From the human T2T-CHM13v2.0 reference genome, Homo sapiens: DNA of 64,000 nucleotides. Both the position numbers and the translations under genes were made by a program. The notes under the pieces are model-generated. The model had not been told where the DNA came from. It searched no databases and saw only the letters and a list, made by a program, of their open reading frames with translations. The stretch lies in NCBI RefSeq assembly GCF_009914755.1, contig NC_060928.1. One strand, 5' to 3'. This document shows positions 62,700-64,000 of this stretch, one piece after another (within the stretch, counting starts at the first letter, position 1; the number at the start of each line of letters is the position of its first letter).

Positions 62700-64000
62700 T
62701 TCCGGAAGAAAGCTACTCACATCTTAGTCAATATGCTTTCCTCTAAATACTGGTATGAATCTGAAACTTCTATCTGAATGAAATTTGCTTAGAAGCAAGA
62801 AAGGTCGAGCATTTTGAGGCAAGAGGTACTTTTATGGGCAAGACTAGCTTGATGCAGAGGGATAAACAGTGACGTGGGAACCACAGGCTCAGGTGGAATG
62901 ACCCAGGTAGAAGGAACAGAGAGGGAGTCAAGAGTGCAATGGCAAATGCTCGTTTCTAAATTTAGCCTGAGACCAATGCTACATCTAGGAAGGGGTCATT
63001 TTTCTCTACCTTCTCTTACCTCTTATGCTCTGGGAGACTACAACACAGTTTCCACATTGAAATGCAATCCTTCATTAGTTTCCCACTGGTCTTTAAGGAC
63101 GAATATTATAACTGTGGTCTACAACATTCTGTATTATCTGCTCCTGCCTACATTTCCATCTTTTTCCATTCTCCACCTGGCTCTCTATACGCTAGCCACA
63201 GGGCCCTTGGTCTATTCCTTGACCGGGCTATATTCACTTTCAACCTGCAGACATCAGCTTCCTTCAGTTATCAAGGAAGTCTTTCTGCCATTATAGATTC
63301 CCCCTAAATATGCACTCTTATGGCACTATAGATCTGCTTTATGGCATGCATCACAGTTGTAATTTTACATTTATTTGTGTGATTATTTCATTAATGCCTG
63401 CGTCTCCTTCACTAGGCTATAAGCTTTATGAGGAAAGGGACCATGCTTATTTTTACTCTATCTTGTATTTCCCATACCTAGTGAAATGCTTGGGACATAA
63501 TAGGGGCCCATTTAATATTTTTGAATGAATAAATACATGAATAATAGGTATTATTTATTAAGCATTCCTCCTAGATACTGTTCTTGCACTTTGCAAGTGT
63601 GACATAATTTTGAAAAGAAGCCAATAGATAAGCACAATTATCATCCCCATTTACAGATGAAGAAACCAATGCACACAGAGGTTAGCTAATTTGCCCAAGG
63701 TCAAGCTGTAATTTTTGAGGTCAGGATTTGGACTCCAACAGTTTGATTTTAGCACCCACAACTCTATACTGTAGTTCAGTTGTCTTATGGATGAAAAAGC
63801 ATTTATGGGCCCAATCTCCATTTATAAGGTTGGAATTCAAAATTATTCCTCATAGAAATCAATGACTGATTTATAAACTAGGAAGCTAAGGTACAAACTG
63901 ATGACCAACTCTATTGGGGAACTGTGTGGAATAAGTTCTGAAATTAACTAGTATTAAGAAAACAACAACAACAAAAAACAACAAACAGCAGTTTCATGTG

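Noticed and set aside
43717-64000. Search for SLC10A7 exon 5 or other genes, tRNAs or snoRNAs
   Set aside because: No matching exon or recognisable RNA gene was seen; the region appears to be part of the long intron 5.

Overview
This is human genomic DNA from the middle of SLC10A7, which lies on the minus strand. Four coding exons are present: 43681-43716, 23651-23734, 5609-5774 and 4608-4659. They correspond to exons 6-9 (c.436-773) and splice into one continuous frame. The rest is AT-rich intron with many Alu, L1, L2, L3, MIR, LTR and DNA-transposon relics. The main feature is a full-length, very young L1HS Ta-1d element (15819-21853, 15-bp TSD) antisense to the gene in intron 7. Its ORF1 and ORF0 are intact, but ORF2 has a single nonsense codon (S188*), and it is probably a polymorphic insertion. 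Its antisense promoter points at exons 8-9, and ORF0 splice donor 1 is in phase with exon 9. Other structures read directly from the sequence are: a three-piece twin-primed L1 whose filler is a templated L1 fragment; an old L1PA8 with a 3' transduction inside one copy of a 92-bp tandem duplication; an interleaved two-piece local duplication; a perfect 36-bp palindrome; and a head-to-head inverted Alu pair 29 bp apart. I see no new gene system, RNA gene or CRISPR array; the novelty is in retrotransposon-host interaction and insertion mechanics. Repeat subfamilies were assigned by eye, and the boundaries of old repeats are approximate.
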